This document shows, piece after piece, positions 12,070 to 24,259 of a DNA stretch of 36,852 bases. The position numbers and the translations under genes were made by a program. The notes under the pieces are model-generated. The model did not search any database, was not told the DNA's origin, and worked only from the letters and a program-made list of their open reading frames with translations. Position 1 is the stretch's first letter; each line of letters begins with the position of its first letter. The stretch is from Octopus bimaculoides (Eukaryota), in contig NC_068982.1 in assembly GCF_001194135.2 (NCBI RefSeq), positions 191,348,066 to 191,384,917 of the forward strand. The letters run 5' to 3'.

Positions 12070-12461
12070 CATCCATCCATCATTTTGAATCCAGGTTTTG
12101 TCCCCGTTAATGGGGGTGGCCAGATCTACCTCAATGCCATACCAACTGCCCTCTCACCATCTTGCCCGGTTTTGGGCATCCTCCCTTCTCAAGCCAACCC
12201 TCCCACTCTCCTCCTCCACCTTCCCCTCCACATTTTCCTTGGTCTACCTTGCTTTCTCGGTCCATTTACCTCAAACTCTAGCAACCTCTTCAGAACATGC
12301 TCCTCATCCCTCCTCAACACATGTCCATACCACCACCACTCCATTTGCCCTTGCCAGCCGTTCCACTGATTCCTCCAGCATCCCCATCAAGTCCTCAGTC
12401 CTCTTCTTAAACAGCTTCACACCACACATTTCTCTCACCACTGCTCTCTCAGTCCTTCTCA

Positions 12462-12494
<33 letters not shown>

Positions 12495-12625
12495 CCTCAG
12501 ACACCATGTCTTATTCCCATACAGCATTCCAGCTCTCACACAACAACTCCCACGGACCTTTCCTTTTGTCCTTCAATGAGGACCTTTTCCCTTACAATTT
12601 GATTAGTCTGCTGGAGATGAAATAT
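12070..12625 (-). mobile_element. RTE-clade LINE 3' fragment
   Basis: Frameshifted C-terminal RT-flank peptide MAILRRTERAVVREMCGVKL...RLARANGV, with short-repeat tail. Confidence 0.8.
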
Positions 12626-12714
12626 TAATTTCTAAAATAAAGACCAAACAAACAACGGAGTATTGATAAAAAGCCAGGACAATTCTTGTGAAATGGCAAA
12701 AATGTGATTCTAAC

Positions 12715-12957
12715 CTTTAATGAAGGGGATTCTTGTAATACTTTGTTGTCTCTTGTTCCACTAACATAAGTTTCTGGTAAATCACAGAAGGTTTCAGGTG
12801 ATTCCTTCTTAGAAATAAACTCTTGAGTTGAATTCAGTTGACATTCTTCTGTTGTCTTTGCCATAGTTGCAGTTTGAGGGGGGGAAGTCAATATGGGGGT
12901 TGTTGAGGTGGGGTTTGGAAGAGGCTTTGTTTTGTTGGGGTCCAATTCAGTGCCAAC
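12715..12957 (-). CDS. PTPN13: PTPN13-like linker exon (phase 0 to 0)
   Basis: cattgcag acceptor, aag|gttaga donor; VGTELDPNKTKPLPNPTS...QESPSLK. Confidence 0.78.
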
Positions 12958-13299
12958 CTGCAATGGAAAGCAGAAAAACATGATGGTCATGTTAGGACTC
13001 TCTTTGATTATTGATCTGAAACAGAATGATATTTGTCAAACTTGGTTCTTCTTGTGTTGTTCATTTTATAATATATTGCATTTACAATACAGTCTCACAC
13101 ACACACATACAGAGTAAGTAGCAGTGGTGTGTGTGTGGGGGGGCATGTGTTGTAAGAGCGTGTCACTGCACCCACCATTTGTTAGCGATTCCCTTTGACT
13201 CCTGGTGAATGATGCCTCTGCACCATTCAAGCAACAACCCCTCCAACCCATGGGTAGGTTTGGGTAGTTGTTGCTGGTGAAGGTTTTACAAGGTTGGAG

Positions 13300-13605
13300 T
13301 GCAAATCCTCAATCTCAGCCTCTTTTAGTCCCCTTTTACAACAACACACAGCAGAATTCGTTGGTTCTAATCTGTGTGGTCCCCTCTCAGTCCTTCTCAA
13401 AATTGCCATCTCTCTCTCTCTCCCTCAGGCACCATGTCTCACTCCCATACAGCATTCCAGCTCTCACACAACTCCTATAGACCCTTCCCTTCATCTTCAA
13501 TGAGACCCTTTTCCCATATAACAACGCTCCACATTCCCTGAACCTCACCCAGCCAAGTTTCGCTCTTGCCGTCACATCTGCATCACACCCACCCTATATA
13601 TACAT
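13300..13605 (-). mobile_element. RTE-clade LINE internal fragment, same family as 12070-12625
   Basis: RAKLGWVRFRECGALLYGKRVSLKMKGRVYRSCVRAGMLYGSETWCL then MAILRRTER. Confidence 0.85.
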
Positions 13606-13795
13606 CTCTCATACTTTTCCTTTTGCAGGTACCAAATCCACTTGCATGAGTTACGCCAGGAATGGAATCATACAAGAAGACTAAGTTACTTTGAAGGCAA
13701 CTGTCCCGTCATCACAGGTTTGTCATACAACAAACTGCAACCCCTAATTCTATGCCATTTCTTCCATACGAGACAATGTTAGCTGAGATTGTTAC

Positions 13796-14007
13796 CTTAG
13801 GTTGTGGAACATTTCCACAGTAACCATATTTCACAGGTGCTACACTGCTTTCCAGGCTCTCACTAGTGGTGTTTCCATGTGAATCATCTTCAACAATTCG
13901 ACCCAAAACGAGGATGCATCTTTCAGTTGCATCGTGGAGAATGCTCACGGCCTGCTGATGGTATTTGTCTTGCAAGCTGACATCATTTATACACAAAATA
14001 CGATCAT
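13796..14007 (-). CDS. PTPN13: PTPN13-like exon, second PDZ C-terminal part plus linker (phase 1 to 0)
   Basis: tcaacag acceptor, aag|gtaaca donor; (N)DRILCINDVSLQDKYHQQAVSILHDATERCILVLGR...VPQPK. Confidence 0.88.
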
Positions 14008-15055
14008 CTGTTGAAAGAAAGTTGAAGATGAAAGCTTTTATCTGAAAAGCATTTTGTTTAGATAACTTTTTCAAAGAGAGAAAAAATTGCTTAGCTTTGC
14101 CGTCACTTGCAAGAGAGACTGGCTTGGCAGCTCGTTCCATGCTTTTGTTAATTATTTGAGGTTCTTATTTAGGGTAATGTGAAATTTTACCGTAAACATT
14201 TTTCTCTTAGGAAAGTTTGCCTTTAGCACATTCGTCTCACAATATTAGGGGCTGGAGGCAAAAGAAGAACCAAGCATTCCCCTATCCCAACCAGAAGAAG
14301 TAGGTATAGAATTCCTGAAGAATATAAATTTCTTGAAATCAATGAGAAGTTTTCATTATACAATAATGAAGATTATGTTGAGCTGCAGTCAGTACTTATT
14401 TACAGCTGAATAAATTAGAGCAAAACATGAAATGATGTGCCTTGCTCAAAGATACAAGGCACTGCGCAGTTCAGGAATTGAACTAATTGCATTAAGGTCA
14501 TGAAACCAATGCACTAACTATCAGTGCACAAGCCTTAAGTTGCTAAGTAATTTACATTAACTGTAAGACTAAACAAGAAGTGAATTGGTTAAAGAAGTGA
14601 TTTGAACCAGTGCATGTGTTATTATCATTATTGGCATAGTGATCCTCCTAAGACAATAAACAAGAAGTGACAATGTTAATATCAAAGAAGGTGAGAGGTT
14701 CACTTTTATTTCTTTTATGCATTAGTCAGGTGCAGAAGGGCATCAGCCCTTACTGTTTTTTGATAGTGGGAGAGAAGAGAGAGGAGGGGAGAGGAAGAAG
14801 AAGATGCTACAACCCACAAATTAGTTCAATAGTAGGAAGAAGAGCAGACCTAATTGTCAGTAGACCATATGGTCCACATAATGGCAACAGATTCCATGAG
14901 ATGGAACTGAGGAACAGGAGTGGTGTTAAACTGGGTGATGGGGCAAGTCTACAGTTATCTAACAAAACTACAATGGAATCTTATTAACTGTAAAACTAAA
15001 TGAGTAATACATAATTTACATTTGACAGATATTTGTCCTCATCTTGTTTGTTGTT

Positions 15056-15101
15056 AACACACTGTTTTGACTGATATACCCTCCAGCCTTCATCAGGTGT
15101 C
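15056..15101 (-). pseudogene. Degenerate hammerhead copy
   Basis: GAAACGUU is changed to AAAACAGU (core G lost); rest homologous to the intact copies. Confidence 0.6.
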
Positions 15102-15148
15102 TTGGGGAAATTCCAAACCTGGGTTCTCATTTCTAAGGTATTTTTCGA

Positions 15149-15188
<40 letters not shown>

Positions 15189-15284
15189 ATTATTCAGGTC
15201 ACTGCCTGGAATCGAACTCAGAATAATAATAATAACATTGAAAAATACTTTAGGAATGAGAACCCTGGTTCAAAATTTCCCCAA

Positions 15285-15330
15285 GACACCTGATGAAGGC
15301 TGGAGGGTATATCAGCCGAAACGTTGTGTT
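15285..15330 (+). ncRNA. Minimal type-I hammerhead ribozyme motif (Penelope-associated type)
   Basis: GACAC-CUGAUGA-A-GGCUG(loop)CAGCC-GAAA-CG-UU-GUGUU: core, 5-bp stem II, 5-bp stem I, AACGUU palindrome replacing stem III. Confidence 0.75.
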
Positions 15331-15505
15331 AACAACAAACAAGATGAGAACAAATATCTGTCAAATGTAAATAATTCCTCATCCCTTAAATATAGAACTG
15401 TAAATAAGTAATAATTGATTGATTTTCTTTTAATTAACAAAAATTTATAGAAATCAACATCAAATTAAGAAGGAAAAATGGTAGAAATTGCATTTAGAGA
15501 CTTAC

Positions 15506-15599
15506 TTTTTTGGATAGTGCCATTTTGTTGAGCAGCTCCTCCTGGTTGTAATGATTTCACATAAACACCACCTAAATCTGTTTTTGTATCAATACCACC
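15506..15599 (-). CDS. PTPN13: PTPN13-like exon, second PDZ middle (phase 0 to 1)
   Basis: ctttag acceptor, gtaagt donor; GGIDTKTDLGGVYVKSLQPGGAAQQNGTIQK. Confidence 0.92.
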
Positions 15600-15800
15600 C
15601 TAAAGAGATCAATGATATAAACCGATTGAGAATTCAGATAACAAGAAGAAGCTTTCAAGGATAACTAACAAAATACTGGTGCAAAGGAAACATATTTTAT
15701 GTAGAAATAATTAATAATTAATAGAAATAATAAATTAATATGTAGAAATAATTAATAGTGACAGAAGCAATATTAAAAACCAAAACATTCATCCCAACTC

Positions 15801-16050
15801 AAAAGTGGATGTTGAGTTAGAACACACAATACAGTATTATTTACCAAGAGAGAACCTCTCAAATGGATTTGTGGTGCATATAATCGCTTGTGTTTATTCC
15901 ACTAGTAGGAGATGGTGATGGTAGCAGAGGATTCTCTCCTGCTGGCAATATAGACATGAGTGCTTATATGCACCACAAGTCCATATGAGAAGTTCTCTCA
16001 TGGTAAATGATGCAGTGGTTTGTTGTTCTAAGACAAACGTCCACTTTTTT
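15801..16050. repeat. Long imperfect inverted repeat (fold-back)
   Basis: 15840-15883 vs 15964-16007: 40/44 complementary; pairing extends outward and inward. Confidence 0.85.
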
Positions 16051-16805
16051 AAGAGAGGATACATATATTTTGGAATGTTAAATCGGAACTATGAAGGTAG
16101 ATGAAGGTATGGTTAAATCATAGAATATGGATGTATCTAACATAATAATTGTTAAACTGTTTCCATGAATGTCTGTTCTGAAATGTTAAATCATAAATAT
16201 GTAGGAATGTTGAGTTGTGATTGCAGAGATATATTCTGAAGTGTTAAATCTAAACTATGGAAGCACATAATGTTGAATTTAAACTATGGAGGCACATAAT
16301 GCTGTAATGTTAAATTATATTTTATACCAATATATTTTTCAATGATTTCAGTCTTCAGATTGCGGCCATGCTACAGCATCACATTCACTGGATTTTCATC
16401 CATTATCATCAACCCTGATACAAATTTGCTACATATTTTATGAGTTCTGTTTATCGAACAGCTAAGTCCACCTTTGCCATAATACCACAAGGTATTTTTG
16501 CTTGGACTTTCTACCATGATACTCTTCTGCCTTTCACCTTGCCATTCTGGTTCTGTCTGTCTGTATGTCCACTGTCCACCTGACCAAGGGTACTCAGAGT
16601 ATAGTGGCAACCTTTTCTTCTTACACCTGATCATTTTTTCTATAATTACATTTTTTAATGTGTCTTTTCAAAAGAAGGGTAAGATATGATGATTTCAAGG
16701 AGATTTGGTTGCTATTTCTAGCATGTCATTCATCTACATGAATGCATCTTTGCTGCCTGTACTGAAAATCTGGTGGAAAGAGAATCATCTTTATTTAATG
16801 TATCT

Positions 16806-16965
16806 TCCAAGCTGGCCTAGGTTGGACAGCTTGACCAGAGCTGACAAACCATGGGGTTGGGCTGTTTCAGCATGGTTTCTATGGCTGGATGTCCTCCTTA
16901 ATGCCAACCATATTACAGCATGTACTGAGTGTTTTATTTGTGGCACCAGCACTGGTGGGGTGACC
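16806..16965 (-). repeat. (ATG)n-tailed RTE 3'-end family copy
   Basis: ggttggacagcttgac..catggtttctatggctggatg. Confidence 0.75.
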
Positions 16966-17097
16966 AAGAAATTTGCAAGACAAGACAAAGTCCCCTGAAT
17001 TGGTGGGGGAATAGAATTGAGAGAGATGGCTTTGCTGTAGAAGAGATACTCCAACTGCAGAAGGGAGCAAAAGAGAGATTTAGAAAGATTAACTTAC

Positions 17098-17194
17098 AAT
17101 AATGTTTAATCCAAGAGATCCTTGGATTTTGGTTAAAACACATTCAAAGAATTTCTCATTTGGTCTTTGATCCTTAAAATTCCAACTGTTTTTG
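17098..17194 (-). CDS. PTPN13: PTPN13-like exon, second PDZ N-terminal part (phase 2 to 0)
   Basis: ctttcag acceptor, gtaagt donor; KNSWNFKDQRPNEKFFECVLTKIQGSLGLNII (GLGF-type loop). Confidence 0.9.
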
Positions 17195-17509
17195 CTGAAA
17201 GAAATACACTTTTTTTAAAACTTAGAATGCTACAGATATTTTAAAAAAAGGTAAACAAGAACAAACTGTTGTGGAAGGGGAGTAATGTCAATTAAACTGA
17301 CCCACAGTGTATAACTGGTACTTCATCAGCCCTGGAGCAATGGAAAGTAAAGACAACCGTGATATAGTTTAAACATCAGAATAATAAAAAGACTGTCAGT
17401 AAATACCAGATTATGCCTGACAGCTCCCTATTCCTGTTGAATCAAAACCCTTTAACTTAGCAGACCCTATATTACTATATATCGACCAGACCATCAGGTG
17501 TTGTTATAT

Positions 17510-17712
17510 ACCGCTGGTCACAGTGCACTTCCAAGTCTGTCTTGATTGCACAATTCTTTTCCTTCTTGACCCAGTCTTCCCATCATCATGGAGGCCTTCC
17601 AAGAGGCCCTTTTCTGATCTCTTGGATACCACTTGCCAACTGCATGAGTCCCCCTGTTGTCTGTGAACCTTGTGACATGTCTGGCCCAGTGGGAGGTGGT
17701 GAGGGGAGTCAA
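17510..17712 (-). mobile_element. RTE-clade LINE C-terminal remnant (different family)
   Basis: WARHVTRFTDNRGTHAVGKWYPRDQKR, frameshift, LGRPP**WED; fits the RTE W.PR..KR..GRP..RW.D pattern. Confidence 0.65.
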
Positions 17713-18961
17713 TATAATTGAGCAAATATAGGAATATTGTCTTAAAAGCTAAAACAATATTACTATATATCCCCCTGTATATGACTGGTAGTTTAGTGAT
17801 TCTGGAAGAATGAAGAGCAACGTTGTCTCTGATGGAATTTGAACCTACAATGTAAAAGACAGTAACTAAAATTCTGCTAAATCAATAATTTTTCATTAAG
17901 AAAAACATTAATCAGTAATTTAGGCAGAAAAAGGGGTTATGTTTGAAGGAAGTACCCCAGTAGTTAACTGGTACCTTTTTTTTTATATATTAATTCCCTG
18001 ACAGGTGCAAGACAAAGTCAAGCTTGACAGGAAATAACTAATTAAATGTTTTTTTACCATTCCTCAGTAAATTTAGAATGATTGAGTGGATAAGTTGTTC
18101 TTGCTTTGTCTGTAGAATTCTGTTTGGCACCATGTCTGTCAATAAAGCAGACAAACAGTGACAAAGGAATCATTCTGGTATTGATACATGACAGATTGCA
18201 AATAATAGTATCACTGGTTATTGATTTTCAATCAATCATTGGTTCAATGTATTTCTGACAGTCACAAGAGAGTGTCAGTAATTTGATGCAGAACAAATAT
18301 CTCAAGTAACTTCATTTATAGAACACCAATTTTTCAGTAACTTTGCTGACACATATCTTCTGCCAATGAGTTAATATCACCACCACCACCAAAGGTCCAT
18401 CTACATTCCCACACCATGTACAATAGGCTTCTGTACAGTTTCCGCCAACCAAATTCCATTCAGCAGAAAGGAGTCAACTTGAGCTTACATAAGAAGACTC
18501 TTAGCCAAGTGATGCGCAGCGGGATTTAAGCTACTCTGTATGAAGCTGCAGCTAACAGTCGAAAGGATTGTCTGTTTACACCCTGGTACATAACACTGCC
18601 CTGGTTAAATTTCCATAACCTGAACATTTAACTGACAAAATATCCCTGTTCTCCAGACTCGGATGTTACACACACATACAATATTTCACACTAAGCTTAA
18701 CAGAAGCCTCCATGTTCTACAAAACAATAGTCAAATCTTCTTCGTATCACACTCTACTATCTAAAGAAAGGAAGGACACATTGAATAATGCAATCCTACA
18801 GATAGTCTGCACCTGAAATCAAGACAGGATGGTCACAGCTGGAATGGTCTGTTTGACCAGATTGATTGATTGTCAAACAGCAGCAACAATAATTCTAACT
18901 CCATGTTTTGTCAAAATTGTTTGTTAGAAAATGCAGAAGAAATAATTTTAGAAGAACCAAC

Positions 18962-19109
18962 CTCAACAACGTCCAGTTTTCCGAATGTCTTTCAGGCAAG
19001 TCTGTGGTTCCTAAATTGGTAAACAGCTCGTCAGGTCTGGTAAACAGAGATGCCAGAGATGCAGGCATTTCTGCGTTGTTTGAGGATTCAACTTTCTTCA
19101 AATAAACAT
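18962..19109 (-). CDS. PTPN13: PTPN13-like linker exon (phase 1 to 2)
   Basis: cttacag acceptor, gttggt donor; (D)VYLKKVESSNNAEMPASLASLFTRPDELFTNLGTTDLPERHSENWTLL; phase fits both sides. Confidence 0.75.
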
Positions 19110-19939
19110 CTGTAAGATATAAAGTATGATGTGGAGAGCATGTTAAAATAGGCAGAAGGAAGAGTATACCTAAGTAATAGCATTTCTACAGAGAGTGAGG
19201 GACTGTAGTCGTTTCTGGAGAGAATAAAGGAGAGTTACATATTCAAGGGAGAGTAGAGAGAGTAAAAGTAAAATAGAGTTTTGATAATTATATAATTAAC
19301 GAGTCAGAGATAAATGATATCGTTAACCTGTCTCACTGCCTGGAACTATCTCACTTCACAGACATCTTTCATTCTTACTATCCTTCTCCACCCACATTTT
19401 ACATTGAGCAATCCCCCCCCCCCACTTCTGAGCCACCAAATTATCTCTCTCTCACTCACCCCACACACTATGCCCGACTCTCTCTCTCTGCACAGACACC
19501 CTGGTAACTCACCCAATCACATTTCACCTCTCTCTCTCTCTCTCCTGTCTAATGTGTTGATATTCCCATTCTGCTGCTCTTCAATTCCCTCACCCCTTAC
19601 CCACCATTCACTACATCCAACCCTCAACACTTGTTTGTCATTCATTATATTCCCCCACCTCATCACTCATTCCTTATCTCTCCCATACACTCTAACAACC
19701 TTCTCTCACCCACATTCCCAGCTCCCTGTCCCCACTCCTACTCAACTCATATCTTGAGGGTCCACTCAGATACTTCATCGCTATTATTTTTACCTCTTCC
19801 TTGCTCCACCTCAATCACACTCCCACGATGTGACCTCTCTTCTGTAAGGAATCTGTTTTGCCCTGGCCCCTTATCTCACGCTTTGACCCCTCATTTCCTT
19901 GTATAATGCCATCTCTCTTGGAGCTCATAGTCTTGCAAG

Positions 19940-20141
19940 CTGCATACCAACCTCACTAGAGCTGGTGGTATGAGAAAAGCACACAGTACACACTGTTGAG
20001 TAGTTGGTGTTTGGAAAGGCTAGCAGCCATAGAAGCCATGCCAAAGAAAGACATTGGAACCCCATGGGGTCTTTGAACCAGTCAAATCCTGCCAAACTGT
20101 CCAACCCTGTCAGCACAGAACATGGGCATTAAATGATGACG
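19940..20141 (+). repeat. (ATG)n-tailed RTE 3'-end family copy
   Basis: aaactgtccaaccc..ttaaatgatgacg. Confidence 0.75.
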
Positions 20142-20634
20142 AGAGTGTAAATTCTACAGAGCATCAACTTTAGACAAACACACAATTGAACTTTCAACAG
20201 ATTCAAATACAGAAAGGAATGGGAGTCATATATCCATCTTGGGTGATTCAATACAATTAGGAACATGCAAAGAATTCATGGAACTTGAAGACATCTAAAG
20301 CAGCAGTTCCCAAATTATGCATTGTAACTCGAAACTGGATCATGGTATAATTCTGGAAAGGGCAGCAAGATATTTTTTTACTTTTGAAATATTTGATAAA
20401 ATGTAAAACGTCCATAAAGGACTAAATGCAGACACTAGTGAGACTGTCGAATCTAGAAATAGCAGCAAAATCATGTCTTCCACCTTAGAAAAAAAGGACA
20501 CGTTGAATAATGCATCCTAGGTAGACTATGCCTCATTGAAGATACTACACATAACTAAAAATGTTCAGAGTTAATCCAGGGCCAAACAACAACAACAACA
20601 TTGGTAATTTCGATTTTATGGAGAATATTCTTAC

Positions 20635-21480
20635 CTTTCATTGAAGGTATTTTCTTTGTAAGGACTTGGGAAGGTCTTGTAGGAAACAGGGTCTGCTTTA
20701 TTCCATTTGCAAACTTGTCTTTAGAATCCTCTTGTGGTTTATCTGTAAGTTCTACTGAAGTAGTATGGTTTGTATCAGGGAGGATGAACTCGTCTTCAGT
20801 TTGGTAAATGGAATTAAAGATGTTGGGAGTTGAGACATGATGTTCCGGAATGTAAGAGTGATCAAAGTAGGATTTAGTCACAGAAGATTTGGGTTTAAGA
20901 TCTTTTGTAGAATCCAAACCATTGGTGCTACTCGACAGAGCCCGAGATGGTTTTATGCTAAGTTTGAGACAGGAAGAACTTGCTGGTAATTTAACATTGG
21001 AGACGCTTGAAGTCGGAGAAGTGTGGTCTTTTACTGGAGATGTCTGAGATCTCTGGAACAGCAACAATTTCACAGTTGGCTGTTCATTTTGCCGTATCCT
21101 ATTAAGGACACCTTTACAGCTAAGACCCTTTACAGGGATTCCATCAACAGCAAGAATTTGGTCGTTACATTGCAACTGTCCATCACAATCAGCAGGACCT
21201 TTCGGCTGGATAGAATGCACAAAGATTTCTCCGGCATCAACACTGTCCTTCATACTCTCATTGGTGAGATCTATGCCAATACTACCATAAAGATCTTTCT
21301 GTAGAATGACTTCTTTGAACTTTCTGTTTTTGGCACCACCATTATCACGACTGTCATAGACACAGATTCCTTTTTCAGGAGAAATATCACAGACAGATGT
21401 GCTAGTGGTGGTGCCTGGGCTGGTTATTGGTGAGGAAGGAATTAAAGGGGGAGGAGATGGGGGGTTGGGGGAAATTTTAG
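20635..21480 (-). CDS. PTPN13: PTPN13-like large exon with first PDZ domain (phase 1 to 1)
   Basis: tttgcag acceptor, gtaaga donor; EVILQKDLYGSIGIDL...IFVHSIQPKGPADCDGQLQCNDQILAVDG...VKLLLFQ, then Ser/Thr-rich linker. Confidence 0.9.
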
Positions 21481-21639
21481 CTGCAAATAAAGAAAAAGGA
21501 AAAAACACAAAAAAGTTAGATAAAAATAATGAATTTCAAGATTAAAATATATTTGTAATGGTTAAGTGTAATAAATAAACGAGAGAAGCAGGATATTAAT
21601 TGTTAGACGGGAGTAGTGACAGGTGAGCAATACCTTTGG

Positions 21640-21897
21640 TGACATACTGTGCTTGTGTTGTCCTGTGAAGCTAAGCGAGACCATAGTCGTGGCCAATGCT
21701 GGTGTCAGGTCAGTGGCACCCATGCTGGCGGCACATAAAAAGCACCCACTACACTCTCAGAGTGGTTGGCATTAGAAAGGGCATCCAGCTGTAGAAACTT
21801 TGCCAGATCAGCCTCCTTCTTACCAGTTTTCACTCAAACTGTCCAACCCATGCCAGCATGGAAAGCAGGCGTTAAACGGTAATGATGATCATCATCA
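21640..21897 (+). repeat. (ATG)n-tailed RTE 3'-end family copy
   Basis: Full UTR consensus visible. Confidence 0.85.
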
Positions 21898-22869
21898 GGA
21901 TATGAAATAGTCATTTATTTATCATCATCGTTACAAAATAAGTTACAGCCTAAGCTGTGGTAAACAAATTGTCTTTAGTTCTATAGTCCAGTGTGTTTGG
22001 TAATTAGTTTCATGTGTGTAAGACTGAAAGAGAGAGAGAGAAAGGGCAAGTAGAAGGGGTCAGAGCTGTGTTGTGGCCTGATGATAAGCCGAAAGAAAGA
22101 AAGAAAGATGCTTTCTGATCAGATGCCAAAGGGGCTAATGAGGTACTTTCTGAAACAGCATTCGTCTGGAACCCAAGCCCTTACGTATTTTTTTGTGAAT
22201 GTTGACTGACATGATGTTATCAATCAACATTAACCGCATCAATCACGCCAGTCTTGGGTGACCTTTGACAGTAAAGGTCACTACACCCCCACCCCCATCC
22301 TCCTCACTTAACTATAAAACTCTCAGAGAAAACCATTTTCGTTCAAATAAAATTATTAAATCTTGTACAAAATAATTCTATTTTTCTGTTGATATTCTTT
22401 ATATCAATCTTTCCAAATCTACACCCCCCCCTCTCCCACTCCACCTCCCTACTCTTTGGTCTATCTACAGGTCTGCTATTAGACTGCTGCTCTCCACCCC
22501 TATTTCGTTCCCCCTCCCCCTCACACATTTACCATCAACTAACCTGCCACCCTTCTTCCACCTGTAAGCCTCATCCCTAATGAGCCATCACTCTCCCCAA
22601 ATGAATTTATTCACCCACCCTTCCACAAATTCTTTGTCCCTATTTTCTCTTCTACCCATCCCCCGCTCCCATCTGACACCTCACCACCAGCATCTTTGTC
22701 TTTTTACCAATTACTTCTTCCCAATGGGGTGTCGCCATGGATCTCTTCTACAGCAACACACCCGTTTCTGTCTCACTACCACACTTTAAACTATTGTCAC
22801 CAGGCATAAAGCCACCCCCTGAAACACACACACACAGTGGAGGGGGTCTTGTCTCACAACTTGGCAACC

Positions 22870-23062
22870 TCGCTTGTGCTGGGGGCCATGAAAATAGCAC
22901 CCAGCACACTCTGTGAAGTGGTTGATGTTAGGAGTGGCATCCAGTCATAGAAACCATGCCAAAAGAGACATTGGAACTTGATGCAGTCCTCTGGCTTGTT
23001 GGATCCTGTCAATCCATCCAACCCATGCCAGCAGGCAAAAACAGATGTTAAATGATGATGAG
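22870..23062 (+). repeat. (ATG)n-tailed RTE 3'-end family copy
   Basis: ccaacccatgccagc..gttaaatgatgatgag. Confidence 0.8.
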
Positions 23063-23904
23063 ATGTGGAAGTATTTCCCCCATTGCCTGAAATGGTCTGG
23101 ACCAGATTCCGGACCCTTTGCTCCATTAACGTAGACAGGGACCTAAATAATCTTCACAGCAAAACTGAGATGGTTTCCACTGACCCGAAACAGGAAGATG
23201 TTTACTGAGAGATTGTGGAGGGAGGGAGGGAAGGGGGGGAGGTGCTACTGAATTGGTCAGGATGATCACAGCAGAAATAGGTTTGCTATGCAGCTGTATG
23301 TAGGACAACAGAAGGAGACAGCCGTATGTGTATGAAATTAGTTTCTGCTGAAATATGCAGTGTGTTGTCTGAACTAAACAAAGGTAAAAGTATAAATAGC
23401 AGGCCGTGTCGAGAGATTGCACCTGAAACAGTTCATTAATGTCAGAAGTGATTGGGATAACAGCAGCAGCAGCAGTGTGACTGGAGCTCTTCAGGGAAAC
23501 AAATGCAGTTTTGTGAAAAATCTATTCTTTAACAATAATGGTCTAAAAACCTGAAATGGGGGAATTGCCAGATGCCCAATTACAGTTTTAGAACAAAGAA
23601 AAAAAAAACTGATCTTTCCAGAGAAGATGAGAAATATGAATAGGGAAGTGGGGGGGGAGGAGAGAGAGAGTGTAGTGGTTGATTCCCTGCCCCTCCCCTT
23701 TATTTTATTGATCAAGTCAAAACCTGTACAGACACAAATATTGGTTTAAAGCTGAAGACTTATTGTTCTGAAGAACAAAGAACATTTGGCAGCTCCACTT
23801 AAAGTCATGCGGATAGAAAAAGTATTTTGGCTGGAATTTGGAAATAACAGAAATAAACGATGAGGGACAAACAGGCTTTAATTGATCAAAAGACATCATT
23901 AAGT

Positions 23905-24085
23905 CCAGATGTAAGCAGTGCAGGTAAGAAGCTTACTTCCCAATCATGTGGTCTTGGGTTCAGTCTCACTGTATCGCACCATGGGCCAGTGTCTTTTACT
24001 GTAGCCTCAGGCCAGCCAAAGCATTGTGAGTGAATTTGGTAGATGGAAACTGAAAGAAGCTTATCATACATACGTGTGTGCGTGT
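23905..24085 (+). mobile_element. SINE family A copy
   Basis: gggttcagtc..ccaaagcattgtgagtgaatttggtagatggaaactgaaagaagc. Confidence 0.75.
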
Positions 24086-24259
24086 GAGAGAAAGTGTAAC
24101 CAGAGAAGGAAGAAGGGCTCTGTAGTTTTATGATGCTATGACCTCACTACTTTAGCTTTCCCACAAAACAACATATAGGTTATCACCAGTAATGACTTTA
24201 TGAGCTCACAATTAAGTAATTATTGTTGTCTATCTATAAATTAAAAACCAATCATTATC

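Larger units (their letters stand above)
15013..15400. mobile_element. Hammerhead-bearing short retroelement, inverted-pair insertion
   Basis: ~150-bp inverted arms around (ATT)n and a B-box fragment (ggaatcgaactc, 15208-15219). Confidence 0.75.

Noticed and set aside
16070-16320. Degenerate tandem atgttaaatc / taaactatgg repeats
   Set aside because: Irregular minisatellite without constant repeat-spacer structure; not CRISPR-like.
23126-23500. Pro-rich minus-strand open stretch as an extra exon
   Set aside because: Splice signals are weak and the phase chain closes without it.
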